From NCBI RefSeq assembly GCF_964204645.1, contig NC_134032.1, positions 5,506,275 to 5,570,274 of the forward strand: a stretch of 64,000 bases of DNA, written 5' to 3'. Under the pieces are notes generated by a model, which did not search any database, was not told the origin of the DNA, and saw only the letters and a program-made list of their open reading frames with translations. This document shows positions 23,649-35,620 of this stretch, piece after piece. Position 1 is the stretch's first letter. Every line of letters begins with the position of its first letter. The position numbers were made by a program, and so were the translations under genes. Source of the stretch: Tubulanus polymorphus (lineage: Eukaryota; Animalia; Nemertea).

Positions 23649-24996
23649 TTAAAATTTAAAATATAATATTCCTCCGATTACAATTCCTATACAAGTTATA
23701 GCTAATTTAGTATTTTCATGGGATTTATTATCATCATTTAGTTTAATTATATCATGTTGAATAATATCAGTTTTAATATTTTCTGTAGTATTGTGTAATC
23801 TTTTATTTTAGAATCATTATTTAATTTAATATTATTAGTTTTAGTTTCTGTTGATTGAATATGTTTTTAATTTTTTTCACCTTCCATTAATTTTGGAGCA
23901 GTAATAATCTTTTTATTTATATCATTTAATCCAAATGAATTATTTATTGTTGCAGTTTTAATTAGATTATTGTAACCAATTATGTTTCCCATCTTTAATA
24001 CCAAATCATTAGAAATAATTAATAGATTAGGGCCTATGCAATAATTTAGTCTTACATGAGATTTATCTAAATAATTTTGATATCTTATAATGTTTTCTGG
24101 AATCGATCTATTCTTATCATTATGTATGGAATCTTCAAATAAAACTTTGAATTGTTTTTGTGTATCGAATGATGTATTTAAATTTCAATTATCGGTGATC
24201 TTGTTTCAACTTGTGCACCTAGAATACATATCAAATAAGTTCTAATAGATTGATTTATTCTTTGTATACCTGATTTTGTAAAACCTTCATTATTTTCTAA
24301 AATGAAATAAACCCATAATTTATTGAAATTTAATGTTTCTAAATCCTTAGTTTCTATTTTACCATAACCTAATTTATTACTATAGATATTATACAAACTA
24401 TTAGATGGTATGGGAAGTGCACAATATTCTGCAATCTTTTTAGGGCAAGAAAGTGATCTAATTGTTCCAATTTTTGTTCTAAAATCAGAATTATTTATAT
24501 CTATATTAAATTCATTGCAAATTTTATAAAACTTTGATAAATTAATGTTATTATCTAATTCTTTAAAATATCTTGATCCTGGTAAAGCGCACTCTAATTC
24601 ATTTAATATTATTCTGATTTGAAAGTATGTATGAAATCTAAATAAACTTTGAATTAGTTTATATTTAGAATTATTCAAATGATCATTCCAACTTATTCCA
24701 CATCCTGTTGTTGCACAATAAACAGCAAAATTTAATTGGTTCTGCCAATACTTCATATTAGATTTTAATAACCATTGTTTTTCATCTTTCAATTTTTTAA
24801 AATTAATTAAAAATACATGAAATATATTTTCCATCTTTGCATTAAAATTATTAGTTTCAGTAACGTAAATTTCTAAATTAGTTAATGAATCTTAAACTTC
24901 ATTTCTATATGTAATATCTTTATTAAAATCTATTGCTGGAATATTATATTTAATTGATTTATTATATTGGAAAGCTTTTGGAAAACTATCTACCAT
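23649..24996 (-). pseudogene. WQNQLNF-family protein, disrupted
   Basis: WQNQLNFAVYCATTGCGISW motif; stops and frameshifts. Confidence 0.75.
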
Positions 24997-25012
24997 TTAT
25001 ATAATTAAAAAA

Positions 25013-25447
25013 TTAATAATTTATTAATTCTTTTAATAATTTATCTTGTTCTTCAACTGTTATATGGCCATTTAAACTTATTATATAATCTAGTGTATTC
25101 TTTAATTTATTAATTTCTTTTATATTAGTTTTAATTTTTTCTTTATTACTTTTTATATTTAATTTTGAACTTATACCGGTTAAAACACTTAAACTTAATC
25201 CTAACACACCAATTGATATAGCTAAAGGTGTTAATGGACTGAATATCGCTAGAAATGTTATTACAGAACTAATTGTATCCGAACCACTTATAATCAAATA
25301 ATATATAATTTTACTTTTTAGATATTTTTTCTTTTTAACTTTTAAGTCACTTTCAAATTCTAATATTTGTTTTTCTAAATATATTTTTAATTTATTTTTA
25401 TTTACATCATGAGGAATAATATCAATATTATCAACTTTATCTTCCAT
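25013..25447 (-). CDS. Two-TM coiled-coil protein (144 aa)
   Basis: Homologue of 16162-16596. Confidence 0.75.
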   Translation of the reverse strand: MEDKVDNIDIIPHDVNKNKLKIYLEKQILEFESDLKVKKKKYLKSKIIYYLIISGSDTISSVITFLAIFSPLTPLAISIGVLGLSLSVLTGISSKLNIKSNKEKIKTNIKEINKLKNTLDYIISLNGHITVEEQDKLLKELINY

Positions 25448-25466
25448 TTATTTGGCAAAAAAATTA

Positions 25467-25889
25467 CTAATTAGTAAACTTATATGCTACAAATATAACA
25501 ATAACAGTTCCACCTAAAATCCATATTATTTCATATTTCTTCTGTTCATTACTTGGGGTATAATAATCTGATATTGTAGGTTTATGTAGATGTAATTTTT
25601 CTTTATTTGTTACCGCGTTATATAAACTCATTGCATCATCAACTGATTGAAAATCTCTATGTGAAATCTTCTGATCATATAATTCTTTATTGATGTAATC
25701 CATATAGTTTTGTCTCTTTTCTCTATATTCTTCTGCAGCTTTATTGTATTTCTCTAACGCTAAGTTATGTCTTCTTTGTTCTCCTAATGAACTATTTTTA
25801 TCAATATGTTTAAATAAATAACCACCACCAGTAAATGCTAAAGCGTTAACAATTGCTGATCCTATAATAGTTATAATTGCAGAAGCCAT
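25467..25889 (-). CDS. Membrane/coiled-coil protein (140 aa)
   Basis: Homologue of 15719-16141. Confidence 0.75.
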   Translation of the reverse strand: MASAIITIIGSAIVNALAFTGGGYLFKHIDKNSSLGEQRRHNLALEKYNKAAEEYREKRQNYMDYINKELYDQKISHRDFQSVDDAMSLYNAVTNKEKLHLHKPTISDYYTPSNEQKKYEIIWILGGTVIVIFVAYKFTN

Positions 25890-25913
25890 TTATTTAGTAA
25901 AATAATTACGCAT

Positions 25914-26135
25914 TTATATGGGAGGAATATATTTTTGTTTTTCCAAATAATCAATAGTTAAATTAGATAAAGTAACTGCTAATGTTAATTTTAAAATATC
26001 ATTTATATCAAATCTATCAACATTAACACTTCCCATTTTAAATACTTTTTTTAATACCATTGAATAACCAACAGTTCCAACTGATAGTAATGCGCCATTA
26101 TATAATCCAGTTATTATCCACTTATTATCACTCAT
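25914..26135 (-). CDS. Small membrane protein (73 aa)
   Basis: Identical to 15473-15694. Confidence 0.75.
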   Translation of the reverse strand: MSDNKWIITGLYNGALLSVGTVGYSMVLKKVFKMGSVNVDRFDINDILKLTLAVTLSNLTIDYLEKQKYIPPI

Positions 26136-26477
26136 TTATTTATCAAAAAAATTACTATCATCAAAATATTTAGTTATCTTATTTATGATTAATTCAACAT
26201 TTATTTCATTACTACTTTGATGATTATCGTATATTGTGGATAATATGTTTTTGATATCTTCAATAATTCCATCTTCGTTTAATTCATAATATTCTAAAGG
26301 CGTTTTAATTAAATCAATTACTTTTTCTATATTATAAATTTCTTTATCAATCATCGATGCATTGTTAAATGATTTACTTTTTATATCAGTAATTACATCA
26401 TTTAGTTTAATTCTCATTTCTTTACCATGTTTAAAATCAAACCCAAAACATATACTCGGTCCAACAGTTATATTCAT
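26136..26477 (-). CDS. Hypothetical acidic protein (113 aa)
   Basis: Homologue of 15116-15472. Confidence 0.7.
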   Translation of the reverse strand: MNITVGPSICFGFDFKHGKEMRIKLNDVITDIKSKSFNNASMIDKEIYNIEKVIDLIKTPLEYYELNEDGIIEDIKNILSTIYDNHQSSNEINVELIINKITKYFDDSNFFDK

Positions 26478-26494
26478 TTATATAGTGAAAAAAA

Positions 26495-27246
26495 TTACTC
26501 TCTACATCTTATAACTAATTCATAAATTACAGGGAAATTATTTAAATCAATTAAGTATCCATTATGATTTCTAATTTCTAATCTAAAATTATTAAAACGA
26601 GGAATGCATGGTTTGAAATCACATTCTGTTAAATTATAATTTATTTGCGTTCCAAATTCTTTAACATTCTTCAATGGTAAAATGTTTAGTAAACCAGAAT
26701 TACAAGTTATATCTTTAGTTGCTTCGAATGTTTTTGTAGGATCGATTAAATTGCAATAAATATAAAAGTGTGTAAAAGGTATTAAGTTTGGTGAAGCTTC
26801 AATATTTGTAAAAGATTTATCTGGAGGAATTTCTAACAGTTTAGCTATAGGTTTTTTTACCATAAATTTATGTTTTTCAATATCAGCCAACCTTATCTTT
26901 ATTTTGTTAGAACTCTCACTTTTTAGAAATCTAATATTAAACCCGGAATTATTACCTGACTTGTGCCAGGCTTTTCTATTAATTTCTTGTGCCAATGTAT
27001 CTAAATTATATAGCCCCGGTTTTAAATATATATAGGCCCATTCATTTTTATTTTTATTAAAAAGGCTCTATGTTCAACAGTTTTATTCGATATATTATAA
27101 AAAGAATTACATAAACTTATATTTACTAATTTTAAATCAACACAATTTTTATATTCCCTATCTAATTGAACTAGTAAATTATGAGATTTATAATTTGTAC
27201 GCCTTCTAGAATCAACAAATATTCTGTATTCTTTTAATTCCGCCAT
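26495..27246 (-). pseudogene. Minor capsid protein (penton), frameshifted
   Basis: Homologue of 14346-15099. Confidence 0.75.
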
Positions 27247-27263
27247 TTATTTTACATATTTTC

Positions 27264-27617
27264 TTATTCGAAATCTATTTCATGGTGCCCCTTTTCATTC
27301 TTACCTTTGTATACGAAATAGAAATCTCCAGAACATAATTCTTCTAAATCTTCACTTGATAATCTATGAAATCTATCCGGTAAATATGTTCTGAATTTAT
27401 ATGTATTTCCTTTTAATCCTTCATATTCTAAGTGTATAACTAATTTATCTCCATAGTTATTAGTAACTGTATCAATATTTGTAATTAGATATTTCTTATG
27501 AATTGTTAATTCTGTTAACTTTTTGAATTTATAATCTACAGATTTTACATTTGTTATATCTTTAATTCTATCTAGAAATAATTTGTTGTTCTCACTGTTT
27601 GCTTGTTTACTCTCCAT
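27264..27617 (-). CDS. 117-aa putative OB-fold/SSB-like protein
   Basis: Homologue of 13975-14328. Confidence 0.6.
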   Translation of the reverse strand: MESKQANSENNKLFLDRIKDITNVKSVDYKFKKLTELTIHKKYLITNIDTVTNNYGDKLVIHLEYEGLKGNTYKFRTYLPDRFHRLSSEDLEELCSGDFYFVYKGKNEKGHHEIDFE

Positions 27618-27646
27618 TTTAATAACATATTTTTATTAAAATTTGA

Positions 27647-30600
27647 TTAAGACGTTAGAATTCTTTTCATTATCTCGTTCTCTTTTGTTTCTTCTCTTTT
27701 AAATTTTAAGTATTCATCTAAATTGCAACCATAAGCAACTGTATGAATTCCATCATCTAAAATATATCTTTTATCATCAAATGGGTTTAGACTTATCTTT
27801 TCAATTTCTTCAATAAACATTTCATGATCTTCAGATCTTAAACATCTCATCTTATGTTTTCTAACTTCTTCATTGAATATACAATTGATATAATCTTTGA
27901 AATGAATATTCTTTTCTACTACACTTTTTGTTATTCCTTTTAACTTTTTAGCTTCATGTTCTTTAGTTTTATATGAATACATTTTAGATCGAATACCTAT
28001 GAATTCAATCATTTCTTCACCACCTAATTCATCTTTGAATTTACCGGGAACTTTTTTATTATCATTGCTAAACAATTCATGATCTTTAGGATAGTTACTA
28101 AAATCAAAATGATGTTTTTATGTTTTTAAATCATCAGTTATGTTATCAGTTTTTATCTTTAATATGTAACTGTCGGTATCAAAATATAATATTTCTATAT
28201 GTTTTTCTCCAAAAAGTGGTTGTAATACATTATAATAGAATTCATACATTAGTAATTTTGATAATTCTAAAACTGAAGCGCCAACATAGATTGGTTTATT
28301 AAATTTCATTGATGTTCTTCTCATCTTAACTGCGGCTAAATTTTCATCAAATATTCTGTTACCAATGAACTTAGGATATGTAAATGTCTAATTCTTTTAC
28401 CATTACTGACTAACTCAATATCATTTCTATTTCTAATATTTTCACAAGTCTTACCATAGAATGCATTATTCATTAACTTGAAGAAATCTTTCTCGAAATC
28501 AGTTTTAGCTTTAGTTCTCTGTTTGGTGTTAAAATCTATATATTTTTCTAACCACTTAGATTGACTGAATGAAATATATCTATGTACTTTTTTTAGAATC
28601 ATTCCTTGTTTTAGATAAAACTTTAACATTCTATAATGTACTACATAATTATATTTATCTTCTTGAGTTACCATTAACTTTTCTGTATGAATATGATTTT
28701 CGGGTTTAATTCTTTTTTGGTAATTTGATAATTCTTCATGAGTTACAGTTTTATGTTCGGGACAGTATGCTAGATTTCTAGATTTAAATTTAATATGTTC
28801 AGGATATTCTAAATCTACAACAAAGAAGTAACCAGTATCTGAATCATCTGCAATATCTAGGATTCTTTTCTTCCAATCAAATTTATCATTATTTTCATTC
28901 TGTAAAACTTCAATTAATTCAAATACTCCATAAGGTTGTGGTTCCATCATTGCCCAACCATAGAAATTATTTGCATCTATATATAATAACTTATATCCAG
29001 GGTTATCATTTACATTGAAATATCTATCACCTAATACACCTGAAACTCCTCCTCTTATAGATTTTTCAAATAATAGTAATTGATCTATATTTGTTAACAA
29101 ATCCATTTTTATATCTGTAAATTTTAATCCACAATCCCATGTTAATCCTGGTGATGAATAACAATGACAAGGATCAATGTTAAAATATTTTAAGTTTACA
29201 TCTCTAAACCTTTCGAATATATCGGTTAATAATAATACATCTGATTTTAGATATGAATCTACTAATTGCCCATGATTTTCTATTTTGAAATGATTCCAAA
29301 TATTCAATGTTCTATTATATACTTCATCTTTAACATATTCATTTTTTAATTCATCATAGAATTGTTCTTTTAATAATTCAGTTATATTGAAATCATTATG
29401 ATTTATATAGAAAGAATATGGAATTGCGCCTTAATATCTCATTAATTTAAAATCGTCACTATTTGGGTAATATTCTTAATATCTTTAATTCATCATCAAC
29501 TAATGATTTTGATAAGTTATCTAATGAACTATTTAAAAATCTATATGAATCTATAAATCTTAGACACCCAAATTGGAATGATATATAATTCTCAGATGTT
29601 TTAGCTAACATTCTAAATTTATAAGTTGGTATTTTATCTTTTGATCTATTTGAATTTAATCTTTCTATTTCATTATTGATTTCTTCTATTTTATGGCATA
29701 ACTGTTTGATGAATAAATGTGCATCATATCCTGATAGATTATGAAATATAACTGGTACAAAATTAATTTTCTTAGCTTGTAAGTTACAATTCTCATGTGC
29801 AGCGCCTCTAAACTTTCCATTCAAATGATCATGGTCTCTTACTTTTTTATCTCTAAAATTAAATATCTTTTCACAATAATAACATTTATCTGCAAACTCA
29901 AATGCTTCTTTATCTTCTTCTGTCATAATTATTTCTATATTTGTATTCAATAATTTACTAAATCTTATTTCATATTCAATTAATAAGTCACAAAAATGAT
30001 TGATAACATTTTCATTTCTATAATCATAATATTCACTTTCAATTAGTTCTGGATAATCAGATTTAATATATAACCCGAAAGCTGCAGCTGATTGATGAAT
30101 CTTTGTAATAGTATTTGTTTTTGGTGGTTCATCTGAAAAATCATTTTCATTAGAATTTAATTTCTTTCTTTTATAATATATTTCTTTTCTATCTTGATCA
30201 GTTAGTTCTTTATTTAATGATTCAAAATCTCCATATAAACAAATGGAACTTTATTTTTGTAATCATATTTTTTGAAATCTAATATTTTATCTTTTTCATT
30301 TGGTAAGACTAATTCACAATAATCATGATTATCACATAATTGTTTATGATTTAATAACGCACTTTCAGTTCTGAATTTATGTAAACATTTTCTACATAGA
30401 TATATTTTATTATCAAAATCATTTTCTGATTTAAAAAATAAATCAATTCTTTTAATCCACATATAATGATTCTCATAATATAATATATGTATAACACCAT
30501 TTGAATCATAATCTTTTGATAGATATAAAGGTTCTAATGTATAATGTTTTATGTTGTTACCTTTTGTATTTGGTAATTTGATTAAATCAAATACATTTAT

Positions 30601-31088
30601 CTTTATATTATTATCTCTTTCTATTTTTGGGATGTTTTTAATTCTAACAGGATACTTATCTATCTTATAATTATTTTCAAATGGTTTCTAATGAGTTAAT
30701 CTAAAACTATGTTGTTTATAATCTTCAACTGGGTGTTAACAACTTATTATAGCCCATAGAAAACATTTATCATCTTCATTTTGTACATTTATTACAGCAT
30801 TAGTTTTAAATGGTAATTTAATATAACTCGATGCTTCAATATCTGGTTCTTTATAATATGATACATTATTTTCATCAATTGGTTTTGATTTAGTTAACTT
30901 ATTATATTTTGTGTTATACACATGTAAAGTCATAAATATTATTTCATCGAATATTAAACCTGATCCCTCAAAATATTTCTCTTCTATTTTAGTTTTTACT
31001 TCATTATAACATCTATCTAACTTACCATCTATATGTTGTTTTGAAATAATATGTTGTGAATGAGAATTTATATTATATATTGGTTTAT
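27647..31088 (-). pseudogene. polB: Protein-primed PolB, fragmented and 5'-truncated
   Basis: YIDANNFYGWAM, KLMNNAFYGK, YFDTDS, FHNLSGYD and RDHDH motifs over six ORF pieces. Confidence 0.92.
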
Positions 31089-31237
31089 CGATATATTTTA
31101 AACATTATTTCAATATTCATATTTGTATGAGTTAGATTTTTAAACATTAAAAGTGTTAGTAAAGTGTGATTGAAATAATACATGATATAAATCATTGAAC
31201 TTCTAAAATCAATTTAGTAAAAAAATACGTATAATAA
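31089..31237 (+). repeat. Putative inner terminal inverted repeat / promoter, upstream of the HNH gene
   Basis: Matches 11025-11171; its last ~30 bp also match 63933-63961 on the - strand. Confidence 0.65.
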
Positions 31238-31906
31238 ATGGAACCAGAAGAACCACAAACTATCAATATTACAAATAACACTGGTGTTATAAATATATAT
31301 TACAAGAAGTGTTCTAAATGTGAATTAGATAAATTAGCTTTAACAGAATTTAGTAAGCGTAAGATTAGCAAAGATGGTTTTCAATATTGCTGTAAAACTT
31401 GTTTTAAACTATATACCAAACAATACCGAGAAGATAATATAGAACATTATAATTATTATATGGCAGAATATATGAGAGAAAGATATCAAACAGATCTTAA
31501 TTTTAGATTGAAACAATGCTTAAGATCTAGATTAACACAATTATTCAACAAAGAAACACATTCAGAATCATTATCTAATTTGTTGGGTTGTTCAGATGAA
31601 TTTCTCAAATCATGGATTATATTTCAATTCGATGATAAAATGATTTTAGATAATTATGGGGATTATTACCATATTGATCACGTGTTACCAATATCTAAAT
31701 TTAACATGAATGATGAATACAATAAAAAACTTATTTGGAATTGGAAGAATTTAAGACCTTTAGAAAAGAAAGAAAATCAAATCAAATCTAATGAACTAGA
31801 TTTACAGTTATATTTAGAACAGTTAACAAAGGCAAAGAAATTTATTGATCAATGGAACAATAATCAAAATAATGAACAATATGTTGAGTCTTTAATGAGT
31901 GGTTAA
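31238..31906 (+). CDS. HNH-type endonuclease with N-terminal CxxC...CxxC zinc ribbon
   Basis: KKCSKC...CCKTC, then YHIDHVLP...NWKNLRPL...EN..K, an HNH pattern seen in large DNA viruses. Confidence 0.8.
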   Translation: MEPEEPQTINITNNTGVINIYYKKCSKCELDKLALTEFSKRKISKDGFQYCCKTCFKLYTKQYREDNIEHYNYYMAEYMRERYQTDLNFRLKQCLRSRLTQLFNKETHSESLSNLLGCSDEFLKSWIIFQFDDKMILDNYGDYYHIDHVLPISKFNMNDEYNKKLIWNWKNLRPLEKKENQIKSNELDLQLYLEQLTKAKKFIDQWNNNQNNEQYVESLMSG

Positions 31907-32152
31907 AGAATAATAGATTTTAAATAAAAAGTATTTAAAAAACAATAACTTCAACTAGCTAGTGAATTCTATTATATTTTTAATATTTTCTTTTCAAAAA
32001 AGAATACTTCATATCACAAATAAAAAATACTAAAAAAACAATAACTAATACTAAAATTCTTTACCTTTAACTAACTAGTATTAACCCAAAGAGATACTAG
32101 TATCATTTTATAATACTTATAATATTTTTTTTGCTTTTTTTCTCTAATATAA

Positions 32153-32761
32153 ATGTCAAAGAAATCTAATAAGAATAGTATTGATATTGAAAAGACATTA
32201 GATGATTTGGGTATTAGTGATAATAAGGATATTCCAGCCAAAATTGAAAATAATATTCAAGTTAATTGTAATATAGATTATGAATACTATTTATATTGTA
32301 AACACCATCTTGAATTATTAATTGCTGGCGGGAAATCTAAGGAGTTTTTAAATAGAATCATTACTTTTCAAGAATTAGATGTTATGAAACCAGATAAAGT
32401 AATAAAATATTTTAAGATTTATGAAGAGGCAAGATTAGCTAGAATAAATGATTCTATTTCAGATGGTATTGTCAAATGTTATTCTAAGTTATGTAACCAG
32501 TTAATACCAATTGATGATGAAAATAAATTATATAATGATTCGAAAAATGACTACTTAGTTATGACTGAATTACAAAAATGGGTTGGATATGCTTCATTTC
32601 AATTAGGATCGGTTATGACATTAATTTCTACTGGCGTCATAACATTTTCGAATATCAAGCCTATAGACTATAAACCAGGTAAGAACGAAACAGATGTACT
32701 ACAACCAAACGTCGAAACAGAAAATGAATCAAACCAAAAATTAACTAAAATAAATGAGTGA
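32153..32761 (+). CDS. Hypothetical protein (202 aa)
   Basis: Intact; divergent homologue at 52898-53503. Confidence 0.75.
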   Translation: MSKKSNKNSIDIEKTLDDLGISDNKDIPAKIENNIQVNCNIDYEYYLYCKHHLELLIAGGKSKEFLNRIITFQELDVMKPDKVIKYFKIYEEARLARINDSISDGIVKCYSKLCNQLIPIDDENKLYNDSKNDYLVMTELQKWVGYASFQLGSVMTLISTGVITFSNIKPIDYKPGKNETDVLQPNVETENESNQKLTKINE

Positions 32762-33152
32762 TGGAGTTAAGAAAAAGGCTAGATCCGAGAAACAAATTAA
32801 ATGGGCAAGAGAATTAGGTAAAAGATCTTCAGAATTAAAAAAAGCCAAGAAAAAGAAATCAACTGATATAAATGAATCACAGACTTTATCTGATATTGAT
32901 TCAAATAATAATCCATCTGATAGATTCAGCACAGCTGAATCTCATAATTACTTATATATTACAATTGGGTTAATCACAATTATTATATTATCCGGTGTAA
33001 TATATAAATCTAAATTCAAATCTAATAATAATGATTCCAATGACAATCGGAAACTTAGTTATCCGTGTACAGACAGTAAACCTATCATACCAGAAAATAA
33101 GTCAAATCATAAAGTCATTGAAACTAAATCTAAATTATTATTAATGGATTAA
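32754..33152 (+). CDS. Basic single-TM protein (132 aa)
   Basis: Lys-rich N-terminus and YLYITIGLITIIILSGVIY TM segment. Confidence 0.7.
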   Translation: MSDGVKKKARSEKQIKWARELGKRSSELKKAKKKKSTDINESQTLSDIDSNNNPSDRFSTAESHNYLYITIGLITIIILSGVIYKSKFKSNNNDSNDNRKLSYPCTDSKPIIPENKSNHKVIETKSKLLLMD

Positions 33153-33158
33153 AATAGA

Positions 33159-34596
33159 ATGAAAAAAGAACAATATTTAAGAGATTTATATTATAACCCA
33201 GAAAGTGAAGTATCATATTCTAACGTTTCAGAATTATGGAATAAAATTAAATCTGATAAAGAAAATGGTAATATAAAATATAGTGAATTAAAATCATGGT
33301 TACAAAATCAACCAACATATCAAATCCACAAGAAAATGGATAAAACTTATTTAACAAGAAAAGTTATGGTTTCATATATCGATCAACAATGGCAAGCAGA
33401 TTTAATTGACATGAAGAACTTAGAGGCGTTTTTACGAGCATCCGATTTTTGCGATCGATCGTAGGAACGCATTTACGAGCACCGATTTTTGCGATCGATT
33501 TCACGATCGGCGTTTTTACGAACACGATTTTCCGATCGATTTTTGAAATCGACCAACTCGCTCGGCGAGCGATTTGGCGATTTGATTTCCAAGATAGCAG
33601 CACCGGGTAGTTCAAAACCATACATTTTTTCCTCAACGTCGCCATATTTATGTCATGTGATTAGCCAAATCCATCGTCATTTTTACGAACGTTCGATTCG
33701 ATCGTACGATCGGAGCAAATCGTTCACGAAATCGATCGCAAAAATCGGATGCTCGTAAAAACGCCTAACAAGAATACAACAAAGGATATTTCTGGATATT
33801 AAATGTTATAGACAAATTCAGTAGATACGCATGGTCAATTCCAATCAAAAATAAAACTGGAATAGAAGTAACAAATGCTTTTAAATCTATATTTAAAAAA
33901 GCAATTCCAGATAAGATACAATTTGATGAAGGTAAGGAATTTTATAACAAACATTTCAAAAAACTATTATCTGATAACGATGTAAATTGTTTTTCAACAC
34001 ATTCAGATAAAAAAGCATCTATTATAGAAAGATTTAATAAATCATTGAAAACTAGAATGTGGAAATATTTTACTGCTAATGAAACATATAAATATATCAA
34101 TGTGTTAGATGATTTAGTGAAAGGTTATAATAATTCTAAACATAGTTCTATAAATATGAAACCTATACAAGCTAGAAAAGAAGATAATTCAGAAATAGTT
34201 TGGAATAATTTATATGGAGCATTTGTCACACATGATTTAGGCGAACCTAAATTTAAAATTGGACAACACGTTAGAATATCTAAATATAGAAAAACCTTTT
34301 ACAAAGGTTATACCCCTAATTTCACTGAAGAAATATTCAAGATTAAAAAGATAATATTAACTAAACCGTTTGTTTATAAATTAGAAGATCTTAAGGATGA
34401 AGAAATATTAGGTTATTTCTATGAACAAGAATTATCACTTGTACCAAACCCAGATGAAATAGAATACAAAATAGAAAAAGTATTAAAAACAAAAACTCTT
34501 AAAGGAAAAAAGTATTCTTTAGTGAAATATAAAGGATACGATGATAAATTTAATGAATGGATTTTATCTAGTAAAATTAAAAGAATAAATGAATAA
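33159..34596 (+). pseudogene. rve integrase-chromodomain interrupted by a MITE
   Basis: Colinear with 17777-18808 on both sides of 33424-33766. Confidence 0.9.
33424..33766. mobile_element. 343-bp MITE, possibly PIF/Harbinger-type
   Basis: Perfect 36-bp TIRs AGGCGTTTTTACGAGCATCCGATTTTTGCGATCGAT; internal sub-repeats; absent from the 17777 integrase; TSD not cleanly resolved. Confidence 0.88.
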
Positions 34597-35207
34597 AGAT
34601 TTATTTATATTTGAACCGCATAATATGTTAGTTACTGGAGTAACCAATTGTGGTAAAACACATTTCATATTAGATTTGTTAGAAACTATTTATAAGAATC
34701 ATTTTGATAACATAATATTATTTTGTCCTACTTATGAAATGAATAAAACATATAATAGAGATATAGTTAAGATAAAAAAGTTTATTATATTAAATCCTAA
34801 AACAGTAAAAGGAAATTTAGATAATTGTATTAAAATAGCAATTGATACTTATAAAGGATCAAATACATTATTCATTATAGATGATTGCGCAAATTTACAT
34901 GATTCAAAAGTTAGAGAAAGTGAGTTATGTTATCTAGCTTTCTCTGGGAGACATTTTGGGATAACAACTTGGGTTTTAAATCAAAAATATAATTCAATTG
35001 TTAAAGACTTTAGGGAGAATATAAGATTTCTAGTTTTATTTTATAACAAAGATAGAAAATCTATGGCAACCTAGACAATCATTGGAAGAAAATCAAATTA
35101 TACCTACTGAATTACATGATGAATATATGAATAAATTAAAGAATAATAAAGGTTCAAAATTATTACTGAGACTACAATTTCCTTATGAATATAAATTTAT
35201 AAAATAA
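34589..35207 (+). pseudogene. Packaging ATPase, frameshifted near 35065
   Basis: GVTNCGKT, LFIIDD and GRH motifs. Confidence 0.88.
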
Positions 35208-35230
35208 AATCCTAATTTGGAATATTATAG

Positions 35231-35620
35231 AAACTAATTTATATATCTATGTACTAGACGTACGAGTAAGAAAGTAAGATTCTTGCTAAGAAAGTAAGAA
35301 AGTAAGAATCTTGGTAAGAATTCTTACGTACGTCTAGTATATAGATATATAAATTAGTTTTATAATAATTATTCTAAATTTAAATTATAAAAATGAATAA
35401 ATTATATGTTTTCTCTTAATAGAAATAAAAATAGATTATATTATTACTATTTCTATACTTAGATTAATAATTTTATGTTTTTAATTTTTATGAAAACTAA
35501 ATTATATATCTATGTACTAGACGTACGAGTAAGAAAGTAAGATTCTTGCCAAGAAAGTAAGATTTCTTGGATTCTTGGATTCTTACCAAGATTCTTACGT
35601 ACGTCTAGTATAAAGTTATA
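35231..35620. repeat. Two copies of a ~130-bp hairpin in the convergence region (34-bp arms around GTAAGAAA/TTCTTG repeats)
   Basis: 35231-35264 pairs with 35327-35360 (one mismatch); second copy 35494-35620 continues at 37608 after the HINE. Confidence 0.75.

Larger units (their letters stand above)
17241..31088. mobile_element. Polinton/adintovirus-like element, copy 4 (arm 2 on +, arm 1 on -; both ends truncated)
   Basis: Integrase and ATPase converge on MCP...PolB, colinear with copy 5. Confidence 0.92.

Noticed and set aside
33364-33758. ORFs 33364-33645 and 33489-33758
   Set aside because: They lie in the GC-rich MITE and have no protein motifs
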